This document shows, piece after piece, positions 10,524 to 24,099 of a DNA stretch of 64,000 nt. The stretch covers positions 1,552,250 to 1,616,249 of the forward strand of contig NC_068986.1 in NCBI RefSeq assembly GCF_001194135.2, written 5' to 3'. Source of the stretch: Octopus bimaculoides (taxonomy: Eukaryota). Position 1 is the first letter of the stretch. Each line of letters opens with the position of its first letter. The translations under genes were made by a program, and so were the position numbers. The notes beneath the pieces are model-generated. The model made no database searches. It had not been told where the DNA came from and saw only the letters and a list, made by a program, of their open reading frames with translations.

Positions 10524-11919
10524 TATATATGTATAAGTATACACACACACACATATATATACATATGTGGTTAAGAAGTTTGCTTCCACATGGATTTGGG
10601 TGTAGTTTTGGGCTTCAATGGAGTGATCACATAGAGGCCACTTTACAGTGTCAAAGAAGTCAATGTATGTACCTGTAACAATAGAATCTAATGAACCTAA
10701 CGGTGGTCTATGTCAGCAAATGGCATGTGTAAAATACATTTGTAAAGTAGAATAAGTGGTTTTGTTTTGAGGGTAAGCAGACATCTACAGAGTCACATTA
10801 AGGAAACCAAATGATTGCACTTTGGGTGCTCAAATTTGGGAGCAACAAAGCAATTGTGAAGAACTTCAGAATTGCTTAACCCAGCTGCAAGAACATGTAA
10901 ACTTGGAAATAAAGAGAGAAGTTAAAGTTGTTCCTAAAATAGAAGAGGATGGAGGAGAGAGGCGAGGTGGAGGGGGCAGTGGAGGTGAAGGATATTCACC
11001 TGTTGTCACATGATTTGGTGTGGCATGATGCATTTCAAATTTTTCTTTTCTGACAAGACAGTTGCTTAATGATATTTACAATCACAAAACTATAGATTTC
11101 ATGTCTGTGACTGCATTTTTCAGCTTGTGTAAAGTGAACGATGACTGTATAATGTTATAGAATATTGAAGATGGGACGCATATTGTAGGTCAGAGAAAAG
11201 GATGTGCATATTGTGAGTCAAAGAGAAAGGGGTACACACTGAGAGAGTGGCCTTGGAAGCTGAATTCTCTGACATCATCCCTGGATCTCTAATATTTCAG
11301 GCAAGACTTTTTCTTGAAGAGAAAGACGAAATATTTAGTGTTAGTGTTGAATAAATAGATTGACAGTATCTATGTCTGAATTTTGTTGAATATGCAATCA
11401 AACATAAGAAACAGAGAAACTTGATATTCTCAGAGGAAATGAAATGTCAAAACGTGACACTCATGTGCTTTCTAAAGAGGATTTGCATTGTAAGCAGAAG
11501 TGAAATAATTTCAGTATTTCAGAAGGCATTAACAGAATAAGAGCATAAATGGTAGAATCTGATACATACAGGATGACCAGATAGAAAAATAATCGGAAGT
11601 TTCTGTTAGATTACTAGTGATTTCATGTACTTGTTCATTGCCAAGATATTTTAATTCTCAACATACATAGTCTCATAAACTGTAAATAAGTTCCACAGGG
11701 ATGTTGATATATGACCTTGCTGTAAGTAGTAGCAGATCTGCTTTGTGAAATGCATAACCAGATTTCAGAGGGGGACGTTTACAAAGAGCTTGTTACTGAT
11801 TGATAAATATGTCTGGTCATGAAAAGTCAAGTAGCCAATGTAATCTATCACAAGAATATGAAGGATTGATACACACTCTATGTACACAGCAAGCCTAATG
11901 TTGTATGTAGTTATGGATA

Positions 11920-12350
11920 TTTCCTCCTCAGCTTGTCAATATACTCCAGTTCCCTCTGTGTTGCGTTGCATGCATACAATCCTCCAGGCTTTTGTTCCCA
12001 GTACATTCTTTGATTTTGTCAGTCTGCAAATGTCTTTGACAGCTCTCTTCCCCTCTACACTCGCTGCCAGTATGGTCTTGGGCAATAACTTGTAGTGCAT
12101 CATATATCTTTGAAGTCCATAAAGCTATCACAACGCTAATATGGGTGTTTATTATTGTTATTATTTAATCTTCTCAATTAAAAACTAAAGATTTGATCCC
12201 ATTTGGGCTGGTCTTTAGCAACACTCACGAGGATGCCTTTCTCTCAGTTCATCTTCAATTGTATTCTTCGGCCATCCAGGTTTTCACATTCCAGATGGTA
12301 TCTGTCTTAATGATACATTAAAATCCTGTTCTGGTCGACTCTGTGATTAC
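11920..12350 (-). mobile_element. Two adjacent degenerate RTE-type LINE C-terminal fragments
   Basis: Minus-strand translations KTIL...VEGKR and ECTGNKSLEDCMHATQHRGNW (11920-12140), and PSGM*KPGWPKNTIEDELRE (12190-12350). Both resemble RTE C-termini (G.VEG.R.RGRP; W..A.DR..W). Confidence 0.5.
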
Positions 12351-12839
12351 GACTGAGTCAGTTGACATTTTGATTAAAGAACTACACTATTGCTATCAGT
12401 TTTGCAATACAGGTACTCACTCTCTAGTCATGTCATTTATGCAGGTGTCAACTTGCACCTGTTTAAGTAGAACACTATAATGGCATGACTCTCACCAGTT
12501 TTGGAATGCCAGCAAATGCCATGGGTACAACTCCTTTCTCTACACCCAACAACATAAAAAAAAATTTTTTTTTAAATATTAAAAGTAATAATTCAACTCT
12601 TGTGTGTCATCTCATTTCATCAAACATGAAGACATGAATGAAAGGTAAGTTGGGTTTTTTTTTGTTGCTTTTAAATCCTAAAAACAATATCAACAGCAAC
12701 AACAGTGAGCTTTAAAGGAAATAATTAGAACAATTAAACAACAGCCACCACAGTATGAATGCTTGTTGCATTTTGGGGCAGAAATAATTAACAGGGTAAT
12801 TAACTGCAATATGTAAAAGTAACTATAGTAGTTGATATA

Positions 12840-14130
12840 GTAATACCATCACCACCAGCCCCACCACCAGCATCAACAACAACAACAACAACAAACAACA
12901 ACTGTATTAATGTATCCACCAGACCATGACCACTACTTACCATCACTAACAACAACGTCCTCAAGACATCCACCCCTCTGCGGCTACCACCACCACCTCC
13001 TCCTCCTCCTGCTCTTCACCATCAACAACAACCACTGCTACTACAACTACAATATCACTCACAACACTATCAACAAATCCATCCATCTCACCACCACCAC
13101 CGATCTTGACCCTTTCACCTGTTACATGGACAATGAGACGAAGCAAAGCAGGAATCTGTTTCATTAAAAATAATAATTATGCATGAAGGATTGTTTAAAG
13201 CGATGCAGCACTCGTTTCTCTTTTGTTGCATCAACAACACCTGCACAAACTGCACAATCTGCAAACATCTATTGTGATGGGAGTGACATAATCTCGTTGA
13301 AAAATGGAGGTTTCATTTCGTCTGTTTTTTTTTTTCCATTTTGTTGATGCTGCTGTATTGCTGCTGCTGATGATGATGATGATGATGACGACGACGACGA
13401 TGATGATGATGAGGAAGAGGAGGAGCAGGAGGAGGAAGATAATGATCGTGATGACAGTGGCAATGAGGTGATGACAATGGTGACGAAGATGATGATGATG
13501 AGATGATGGTGATGTGATGATGATAACGATGAAGATGGTAATGATGCTGACAGTCATATGATAACGATGATGAGGATGATGACAATGTTAGTCATGGCAA
13601 TGTTGAGACTGATGTCGCCATCCATCTTGCCATTGTCATTGTGTTGTTGCTGATAGTGATGATGATGATGATGATGACTACGACTTTAACATTAACAATG
13701 ATGATGATGATGATGATGATACTGTCAGCAGAGATAATATTGCAGCTGATATTGCCATTGTTGTGCAGCCTCCTCTCAACCACACTCACAACAGAGACAT
13801 TCAAAGAAGTAGGAGGAGTAGTGGCAGTGGTGGTAGTAGTAGTTTAGTAGTAGTAGTGGTGGTGGTGGTGGCAGTAGTAGTAGTAATAGCAGTAGCAACA
13901 GTAATGGCATTGGTAGTAGTAATGGTGGTGGTGGTAATGGTGACAGTGGTGATGGTAGTTGTTGTAGTAGTGGTGGTGGTGGTGGTAGTGACTCTAGTGG
14001 TAGTAGTAGTAGCAGCAGTAGTAGTAGTGGTGGTGGCAGTGGTGGTGGTGGTAGTAGTAGCAGCAGCAGTAGCAGGAGTAGTAGCAGTAGTAGTAGTAGT
14101 AGTAGTAGTGGTAACAGTAGCGGCAGTAGT
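12840..14130. repeat. Compound imperfect trinucleotide arrays (CAA/CAC/CTA; GAT/GAC/GAG; GTA/GGT/GCA)
   Basis: Direct inspection. These arrays produce the poly-T/V/S/H pseudo-ORFs in the ORF track. Confidence 0.9.
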
Positions 14131-14589
14131 TCTACACAGCACAGTCAGTTCTGGACCTGAAACTGCTCATTTATGCATAAAATGTTTTAGAAGTGTCAAG
14201 ATATGGTGACTCTACATTCGATCAAATCTGGTCATCTCTGACCCACATCTGATCAAATCTGGTGTGCTCCAAGGCTCAGTTTCCTCACCCTCGCTCTTTC
14301 TCAAAATTATACATCCACAACCGAATTGCAATCACTCATCAGTGACGCCCACTCATAATGCACATGGTTTCTTCCTTCATTCTGCCCTAAACTCCAGCAC
14401 CCAAGCATCACTCGTTATGGATCTCTCCACTTCAATGACAGATGCTATACATCACAAACCACTGACTGCTGGAAGTAGGTAACCTGGTCGTTGTGGTTTG
14501 TACACAGCAACAATGTTTAAGCTATAGAGGGGGAGGAGGAGGAGAAGAAGATGTATGAAATTGTGTATGGGTATGTATGTATATATATG

Positions 14590-14620
<31 letters not shown>

Positions 14621-14844
14621 ATATATATGTATGCACATGTATGTATGTATGGATGGATGTATGTATATATATATATATATGATTATATACATTTATGTCA
14701 ACACTGCTTGTATAAATACAAGATTAACTCCCCTTTACGATCCCATTATTTACATAACATTCCTCTCCAATTTTTATCGGATTTAAATCATATTATTATC
14801 TCCCAATTCTAAACTCTAAATTTCCTTTCTTCTTTTCTTCCCTT

Positions 14845-14965
14845 CTTATTTCTTTATTGCCCACAAGGGGCTAAACATAGAGGGGACAAACAAGGACAGA
14901 CAAAGGGATTAAGTCGATTAAATCATCCCCAGTGCATAACTGGTACTTAATTTATCAACCCTTCT
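14845..14965 (-). mobile_element. SINE family B variant, 3' fragment
   Basis: Reverse complement of the 3' end of the copy at 62654-62889 (cttaatccctttgtctgtccttgtttgtcccctctatgtttagcccc). Confidence 0.8.
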
Positions 14966-14989
14966 TGCCCAAACTGGTACTTAATTTAT

Positions 14990-15245
14990 CAACCCTTCTT
15001 GCCCAACGTACTATCTCGTAGCGTTCCAACCTCCAACGTTACGTAGCAATCTTCTCTAACTACAGTTATCACATTCGATTAAAATGTCTTACGGTTAAGC
15101 TGGTTCCTATGTATTTCCCTGAAGAGAAGATTACATCCTTATCAACATCACCTATTCTTTTGGAAGGTACAATTTGTAATCTTCGAAACATATGTTGGAA
15201 ATAAAAGAATTCATTTAACATATGCGTTTTACTCCATTTACTAAA
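14990..15245 (+). mobile_element. CpG-rich Penelope-like terminal-repeat fragment containing a hammerhead
   Basis: Retains CpGs, contains the hammerhead below, and ends against (TA)n. PLE assignment is inferred from the ribozyme type only. Confidence 0.55.
15112..15203 (+). ncRNA. Canonical type-I hammerhead ribozyme motif
   Basis: Stem I TATTTCC(15112-18)/GGAAATA(15197-203) 7 bp; core CTGAAGA(15119-25); stem II GAAGATTACA/TGTAATCTTC 10 bp; GAAA(15185-88); palindromic ACATATGT stem III; GUU site, cleavage after 15196. Confidence 0.85.
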
Positions 15246-15249
15246 TTTA

Positions 15250-15295
<46 letters not shown>

Positions 15296-15299
15296 CATT

Positions 15300-15521
15300 G
15301 TTTTAATCTTTTACTCACTTGACTGTGGCCATGCTGGAGCACCATCTTAAAGGGTTATTNNNNNNNNNNNNNNNNNNNNNNNNNNNNNAGATGAAGAAAT
15401 TGACCCCCAGGACTTCTTTGTAAACCTAGTACTTATTTTATCGGTCTCCATTGCTGAACTGTTAAGTTACAGGGACGTAAACACACCAACATTGGTTGTC
15501 AAGCAATGGTGGGGGAACAAA

Positions 15522-15559
<38 letters not shown>

Positions 15560-15718
15560 ATGGGCTTCTTTCAGTTTCTGTCTACCAAATCCACTCACAA
15601 GGCTCTGGTTGACCCGAAGCTATAGTAGAAGACACTTGCCCAAGGTGCCACACAGTGGTACTGAACCTGGAACCATGTGGTTGAGAAGCAAGCTTTTTAC
15701 CACACAGCCATGCCTATA
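15300..15718 (-). mobile_element. SINE family A, full length (spans a small N gap)
   Basis: Complete reverse complement from the head (ggcatggctgtgtggtaaaaagcttgc) to the 3' end (gctccagcatggccacagtcaag). Confidence 0.85.
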
Positions 15719-16267
15719 CACACACACACATATAATATAAACATATATAGTTATATATACACTCAGATACACATACATAGATATACAGAAGACTTCTTTC
15801 AGTTTCTGTCAACCAAATTATACTCAAGGTACTGGTCCACCTGCAATGGTATATATAGAACCCCAAACAACATGGTCTCAATATGAACTTCCTAACCATA
15901 CAGACATGCCTGTATCTATTCTCACATACATACACCCATACATGTACATAGTTGACTGACTCCATCCCAGTTCAGTTCAATTCAAATTAACTTGCTGCAT
16001 ATTAATTAAAATTATATCATTACAAACACATTGTATAATATAATTACATAAGCAGTGATTAAGCTATTGAGCTGAGGGAACACAACAATGTCAACTCAGA
16101 TAAAATTTTAACTCATAAATAATAATTCAAATGAGAAATTTGTGTCTGTTTATATTAAAGAGACAGAGGAGAGGGTTGGTATTGATTTTATTTCTTCTCT
16201 ATGAAAATAGAAGCACAATCTTCCTGTTTCTATATATATATATGTGTGTGTGTGGTGTGTGTATGAG

Positions 16268-16310
<43 letters not shown>

Positions 16311-17799
16311 ATATACATATGTATCAGTTTTATAATCCTGAAGAAATATTTAATATCTGCCATTCCAGTCTATGTTTCCATAGATTTAAATTATATAATG
16401 CTACCATACAACATGAATTAATATATTCTATATAAAGAAACACTCTGATAGATGCTGATACAGACTACATGAAAGAAAGCAATGCTGATTAACAAGCCAA
16501 AAATATTTCACAGCTAGATTAACTTAATATTCTTATATGATATTGTTATTAATCCATACTGGTTTATATGGTTTCATTCATTTGCTAAAATGCCCATTTT
16601 TGCATGTTGGTATTGATCTGAAGGGAGTGTTATTTGTGGCAAGCTTTTACAGCTGGATGCATTTCCTGTTGCCAACCTTTACCTGTTTTTTCAAGTTAGG
16701 GATTTCTTTATTCCACTGACTTTTGTGAGAGAGCAAAGCAACTGGTCATAATGTCAACAAGTAATGGCAACATCAGCACCACTTCACTCAAGTGATGATA
16801 TGAGTGGAATATAAACATTCACATACATCTGTGCTAACACATATGCACACAGCCACAAACACAAACACACACACACACACACACACACATGGAAACTCTG
16901 TTTTGATAAAAATATACTAAAATTGGAAATTTAAAAATTTCCTAGACAATGGAAAATTTAATAATTACTTTCTTTTAATAAAAATTATATGATTCTAAGT
17001 AATTTATAAGCAGCTTTCTCCATTATAGAATAATTTATTATTATTTGCTTCAGACAAAATTGCCTAATAGTATGTTTTATGACTCTTCATATTTTGAGCT
17101 CAAACCCCACTTGGATCATCTTTCACAGGTCAACAAAAGAAGTACCAGCAAAGTACTGAGATTGATATATTCAACTGTTCCTTCAACCCAAAAATTCTTA
17201 TGTAACAATTCTTATGTAAGAAATAAATAATAATGATTATTATTAACAATCCAAGTTCACACACAATCTGTTGCAATTATTTTATTGATATTACTAAAGT
17301 TCTTGGTAAAAGCTTAGAGATTAAAGTTTCTTGTTTTGCCTCACTTATAAATCTGAACTAATGCAAGCAGGAAATCACAGATCTTAAAACTTTTATCATT
17401 ACATCTTCATCAGCAGCAACTGCGCCATTTGTCTTCATCATCATCATCATCATTATTATTACTATTTCTATCTTGTAAAAAGTTTTACTTGCAAAAAGTG
17501 TTTGAATATACATTACACACACACACACACACACACACATGTACACACACACACACACACACACATGTACACACATATACACACACACATGCACAGACAC
17601 ACACACGTGTATACTTACATACGTATACATAAAAAGCAGCACATTTGGTCCACATGGTTACGATCAAAATTCTTCACAAAAAATAAGTAAAAAGTGGAAA
17701 TATTGAACACCAGCCAGAAAATATTTTAGTCGGCATTATATATATTAGAAAATAAACCAATAACTATACACACATATACACAGATACATACATATATAT

Positions 17800-17814
17800 A
17801 CTATATATATATAT

Positions 17815-17897
<83 letters not shown>

Positions 17898-17980
17898 TAC
17901 ACATTTTTATATATATATATATGTGTGTGTATGTATGTATGTATATATGTATGTATGTACATATATATATATATATATAA
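17800..17980. repeat. (TA)n/(TATG)n microsatellite
   Basis: Direct inspection. Confidence 0.95.
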
Positions 17981-19038
17981 AATAAGAGGGAAAAGTGTAA
18001 ATTTATGCCCTGTTATGTTAACCTTTTTATGACCTTACATAGATTCTCTAGAAAATCTGCTTGATGCAAGGTCAAACATTCATTGTTAAGGAAGAAATTA
18101 CATGCATTTTCTCTATATCTTCCTACTTAACTCTAAATAAAAGAAATATCTACGATTTTTATGTTTTTAATAGCAAGATGTAAAGAAATTTCTAGATTTA
18201 CTGAGTAACGTATATTTTTTGAACAAACTGGATTTGTGTGTGAAATGTTTCAGAGAAAGCTCAGTAGAAGACTGACAATCTAGTTACCCCACTTCATTTA
18301 TACCACTTTTGGTTTAACGATTACGTTCTATCATAGTTGCACTTCTTTTATAACCTTATAGTCAGAAAGGAAGGCAGGACCCTTGATTCTTTAGGTGTTG
18401 TGTCACTTTGTTCACATCTTTTCGTCTGACATCTTTTTGTCTGATGACTCTTTCGTCCAATGACTTTTTGTCCAATTTTAGATAAACTCTTTAGAAAACA
18501 AAGTGAACATATGAATCAAATATCATTGAAAATTTTAATTTTAAATCTCGATGCCAAAGTTTGAAGAGTCATGATTTTTCTTAGGGAAGATATAGCAATG
18601 GCCTCCAATTGTCTTTTGTTGATTTACTTACAGCTTATTCAGCTAGTCTTCTGCCCTCAAGCTTACCCCTAAGGTACAGAGCCTATTTAATTCTTAGGCA
18701 AGATGGCTGGTTCACATAACATCAAGGCTTGTCCTTATGTGACACATCAGTAGGAGCCCAGCCCTCCTCCAAGTCTTAAATGTCTTAACTACAAGACCAT
18801 CTGCTACATAACTCATGAGTGGAATCTTTGATAGGTACTACTGCCCAAGGCCAGAGCAAACCTGGGAGCTGTGGAACCTAAGGGGTTCCTGAATTCCTAA
18901 GCTGGAGCCTCACCGCTGGATGCAGTTCAACGGTTTGTCCCAGACAGTTAAACATCTTGCTTGTTGATAATTGCAGAACCCATCTCCATAAGTCTAAATT
19001 AGCTTCAGGCTGCAGAAATATTTTTTCTTATCACTTTA

Positions 19039-19200
19039 ATTGCATGACCAATGGAGCAAGGAATGATTTGAAATTTCAAATGTGTTAGGAATAATTTTAT
19101 GAAACAATCCACAAAGAAGTTTCTCTTTCTGACTTTTCAATGCCAGTTTACAATTAAGGATGTGATTTTTGCATCTGCTATTGCATGGATTTGTTAAACC
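19039..19200 (+). mobile_element. Tigger/pogo (DDE_1) transposase fossil, C-terminal part
   Basis: IA*PMEQGMI*NFK (19039-19080) matches IQPMDQGxIxxFK. QFTIKDVIFASAIAW (19144-19188) matches the Jerky/TIGD xxIKDAIxxxAxAW helix. Confidence 0.7.
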
Positions 19201-19941
19201 CGTCTCTCTTCTGATAGAGGAGTAAACATTTTGGATTATTTTCATCGTTGACAACTTAATTTCTAATAGCAAAGATGAATGAGATTTTGTTGGTTTTAAT
19301 GTTAGATAAAACAAAAGAAATAACAAGACAGGTAAAATAACATCGATAGAAAGTCAACAACGTAGTCTCAAGGATAAAATATCAATGACTGGATTATAGT
19401 ATGCAGCAATATTGAATTAAACCAAAATTTTTCAGGTAAAATGACTATCAACAATGTTGTTAATCCTGAAAACTGAGATGCAAAAATTTGCTCCAACAAA
19501 GATGATGGAAATGGAACAATGAAAAAAGTGTTTAATATTTTTCTCCAAGACCACTACAAAACAGAAGTCTGTTAAATAAAGTAGCATTAGGAAATGAACA
19601 ACAAAATCCATTTTAAAAAGTGAACTGACATAAAATACTTGTGTTGAAAAATTTAAAATATTAAACAAATTTTATTAATGTGAAAATGCTTTTACTTTCA
19701 TTGAAATTTGAAAAATGTTATTTTAACTTTAGAATATTTGCTTTGCTTATTTCCTCACAGTGGAATTTACCAATTAATAAACATGTATTCATAATTTTGT
19801 AGAAAGATAAAGATTTTATTTTTTTACTATTTTGAAAAGAATTTTTCTTTTTTTTCCCACCAAAATTACTATCTGTGCATTTTTGTAGCTGACAAAAATA
19901 GAAACAGGTTGGCATTTAATTCTGTATAAAGTATTGTCAAA

Positions 19942-20160
19942 CCATTTGATACCAACCCACCTCTAGTTCTTTAACTCAAAAGAGCCTATTTAAAGTGTCC
20001 ACACTCAAATTGAAACTTTTCACCATCTTTTGTTCTGTTTAAAACACCATCTTTATAATCAAAAGTTGAGGTATTTTAGCAAATCTCTTAGCAGTCTTAT
20101 TTCCAAAATTAAGTAAAACATATGGACAGTGTATTTCATTGGAAATATTGTCACAAAAGG
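19942..20160. mobile_element. piggyBac-like MITE (second family), degenerate
   Basis: Left caaa|ccatttgatacc; right gtcacaaaagg|TTAA (20161-64). The TIRs are weak and imperfect. Confidence 0.45.
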
Positions 20161-21616
20161 TTAATCATATGAAAGACAGAACTCTATTTTGATACAACAT
20201 TTATATATTGTGTTATATATTTCCTTGAAAATTTTATAACTATTGTTAATAGATACATGAGCTGAATCATATTAGATTTAAATGTTCAGTTCATAGATAT
20301 AATTAAATAACTGTAATGAATATGAACTCATAAATAATGAATTGATCATGCAATACTTTTTATATCTGTGAGGCAATATGGGAGTCTCTATATGGTTGCT
20401 TGACATACTAGAAATAGGAAGTAAAACATGAAAACATAACCTCCTTCCTTGGCAGAGGTAAAAATTCAATGAAGAAACATTCAATGTTCACTAACAACTT
20501 AAAAGTGAACATTTTTTTGTGATATTCTATAGAATTATAGGAGAAAACAACAGTGAAATGTAAATTTATTGGCGTTTTGAGCTGTTTTTAATCAGTGGTG
20601 AAATCTACAAACTGTGTTTGTTGTTTTGCATCAGATATGATGTATTTTTAAGTTAGTAACAGCAGGGCATTACTATTTCTCATAAGAATACTGTGGTCAT
20701 TGGTGGCTATTTGTGCATCCACTGTTAAAGCTCAAACAACTCTAAGGAGCTTCATTTGTGATTTTCAGCTTTCATAGACTTTTAATCAAAAAAAAAAAAA
20801 AAAGAAATCTGGAAGATATCTGTATTAGTTGATTAAATTGATCCCTGTACATCACTGGAACTTTATCTTATCAATAAGGGAAGGATGAAAAGTAAAGTTG
20901 ATTTCAGAAATGCCAGAATTAAATACCACAGAGTATTTTGACCCATGCTATAATAAGTCAACTAAATCTACCACCAGCATACAATGGAATTCATCAAATG
21001 TTGAACGAGTGAAATACAGCCAAATTTTGCTGAGATCATTGGTAAACAAAGAAAGACATGTAGGCAAGAAAACTTGATAACAAAAGATAGCAGACAGGTA
21101 AGAATTTCTTGGAAAAGAATAGTGCTTAATTAGAATTTAGCTATCTAAGTTTTGACAAAGCTACAACATGCAGGTATGCACAAAAATACACACACATACG
21201 GCTGTACAGAGAAAAAAAATTATACACAAGCAAGAAGAGATATAAATAAACAAATGCATACACATCTAAGTTGATACATGAAATATTTGAAACAAGTGCC
21301 AAAATCTAGGCATTCTTTGACCTATATAGCAATAGGATTGATTACTATAAATAGGAAGAAAATAGATAACAAAATAAATGAATTCATTAGATTGGCATTC
21401 ATAAATACTAGTGAAACTTTGTATCAACACCTTTGTAATAAACCTACTATTTAGATTCCATGATTATTTCAAGTTATTATTTCATAGCACCATGTTATAG
21501 CGAAAACCTCATTAAACGAACTGAAATTAGTAATTAGCGTGGGAAAAAGACCCCCCCCCCCAGAAACGTTTTAAAAATCCATAAATCCATTGTCCTTGTG
21601 CTATTCATAGACATAC

Positions 21617-21648
<32 letters not shown>

Positions 21649-21899
21649 TGCTTTATCCATATAGGATGGACTCTTATCAATAATTTACATTATATGTGCA
21701 ATACTATATCAAAGGGAAAATTTATCGTTTTGATCGTGAATAAAAGACACACCGTGTGAGTGTGTATATATATAGATATATATCTGTTTGTATGTATGTA
21801 AATATAAAAATATATATATATTATGCATGTATGTATGTATATACATATATATAGATATATATGTATACATATATACATATATATGCATGTATATATATA

Positions 21900-21937
<38 letters not shown>

Positions 21938-21956
21938 CATATACATATGTGTATAT

Positions 21957-21996
<40 letters not shown>

Positions 21997-22304
21997 GATA
22001 AAAATAAAAGACTGATGAGAAAGGAAAGTGAGGGAAAAGGAATAGCTAAAACAAAGAAATATTCTATATATGAAACAATATAATTATAGAGATTGAATGT
22101 AAACTTCAATAACTGTTGATTAGAACCTATCATCCATAGTCTCAACCATAAGTGGAGACCAATAGTTTGAAATTCTAAATCTTTCATGTCTTTGATATAA
22201 ATATCTATGTACAGTTTTTTAAAAATTTTAATTGAATATTGAATATAATGAAAGTAAAGCAAAATAAAATAGTAGATAAATATTTGTCTATGTATGTATA
22301 TCGT

Positions 22305-22399
22305 TATTTAGCTTTACTTCAAGATTTCTTGCCAATAGAGAAAGAGCCAGTTTCTAACCTGGATCCAAGGCTCCTTTATTGGAATTTCAACATCAACAG
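22305..22399 (+). repeat. Unclassified interspersed repeat associated with (TATG)n; second copy 44359-44458, decayed copy ~31395-31470
   Basis: ttcaagatttcttgccaatagagaa.ga.cc.gtttctaacct.gatccaagg...attggaatttcaacatcaaca is near-identical in two places, each embedded in TATG/TGCA satellites. Confidence 0.8.
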
Positions 22400-23487
22400 T
22401 ATGTGTGTGTGGTGTGTGTGTGTAGTATGCATTCATGCATGTATGTATGTATATGCGTAGATTTGTATGTTTTGTTTTATGTATATATTCTCATGCATAT
22501 AACTGCATGTTTAGACATGTTCATATATAATTAAATGACTAACTTCTCTGAAAGTTTTACAGATTTTTATAGTTCCAGTGATGGCTTGGTTGTCTTCAAA
22601 TGCATGTATGTATGTATATATGTATGTATGTATGGATGGATGGATGGGTGGGTGTGTGGGTGGAAGGATGGATGGATGTATGCATGTATGTATGTACATA
22701 CATATGAATGCTTGTACATATGTATGCATGTATGTATGTATGTATGTACCTATATATGTTCTGAGTATGACATTAACCTGCATCCAGTAGTGAGGTTGGA
22801 GTTGTCAGGAGCCAGGAATCACCCACTAATTACCATTACTCCCAGGTCCATTCTGATCCAGTCAAAATCTCATCTATGGGTTAAACGAATTTCTCAGGAG
22901 TGAAGGAGGTTCCTGTTATGTTTGGCAAGGTTGTGAAGAAAGAAGTTCTTTTTGGAGACAGATACTCTGGCTTAAAACTTGCAGCCAAAACAGTACCAGT
23001 CATCTGACGATCCATAAACATACAAGGATGAAAGCAAATCAGAACAACGAGGCAGAATGGGAAACAGCAACCAGCTGACAAGATGAAGCAATCATCACGT
23101 ACATATGTATGTATGTATGTATGTAAGCATGTATTTTTGAATGCATGTATGTATGTATTCTTTTGGAATTTATTGAAGGTCATACATTTTCAGAATTCCA
23201 ACAATCACTAACAAAAGGGTGAGGCTCTCTTGATTAAGTCATAACACTTCTTGGGGTTCATAGTTATATGCAGTGGTTGGCATATGCATATATGCATGTG
23301 TATGTACATGTGGGTGTGTGTGTGGATAAATTTGCACTCATGTAGTGCCATGTCACTTTAGTACAGAAGTGTATGCATGTGCTTCATTATTTGTATGTAT
23401 GTGTGTATGCATGCATAAACTTGCATTCATGCAGTGAATGTAATATTACTTTAGTATAGAAGTGTGATCATGCTTCATTTTGTACAG

Positions 23488-23521
<34 letters not shown>

Positions 23522-24099
23522 ATTCCATTTATGGACGTGATTTTGTGCTTTTGCTCAATCCAAGAACTTCATCTGCAAAATCCCTGGAATGTTTTACAAA
23601 TATTCACTACTGTCCGACTATTTGGGTGTATTTGGAAAATGCAAATCAGTTTGTTTGTTCCTTTTAGGAGGAACTCAGTACATGTGCATATTTGTATGCA
23701 GGGGTGCAAGTGTATATTTATGCATGTGCAGTTTATGAATGTGTATGCTTTGTTGTTGTACATCTGTAAATATTTGCAACCACAAAATACTGAGTTTGGG
23801 CAAATGTCTTTTACTACAGTCTGAAATCAATTGAAGCCTTACAAATTCAGTAGGTGAACCACAGTGAACTACTAGATGGGTCACAGTGTACTAGTAGATA
23901 GATTGCAGAAATGGATTGCAGAGATGGATTGCAAAGATGGATCTCAATTAGTAGATAGATCACAAATTCAGTACATGGATCACAATGAAATTACAGATAC
24001 AATTGATTAATTGTATCTGTAATTTAGAAATCTAGCCTAGTCATATAGTCATGGTTCAGTCCATGAACTATGTTAAGGGGATGCGTGTCGATCTACCCC

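Noticed and set aside
10620-11900. Possible old LINE RT remnant
   Set aside because: Only isolated weak motif resemblances; no consistent frame or ordered motifs.
12615-12652. Strong donor AAG|GTAAGT (also CAG|GTAAGA near 21098)
   Set aside because: No convincing upstream acceptor or recognisable coding frame; isolated donors are expected by chance in 64 kb.
22890-23080. Possible exon after tttctcAG (two short open frames)
   Set aside because: Short pyrimidine tract, no recognisable homology, and wedged between repeats.
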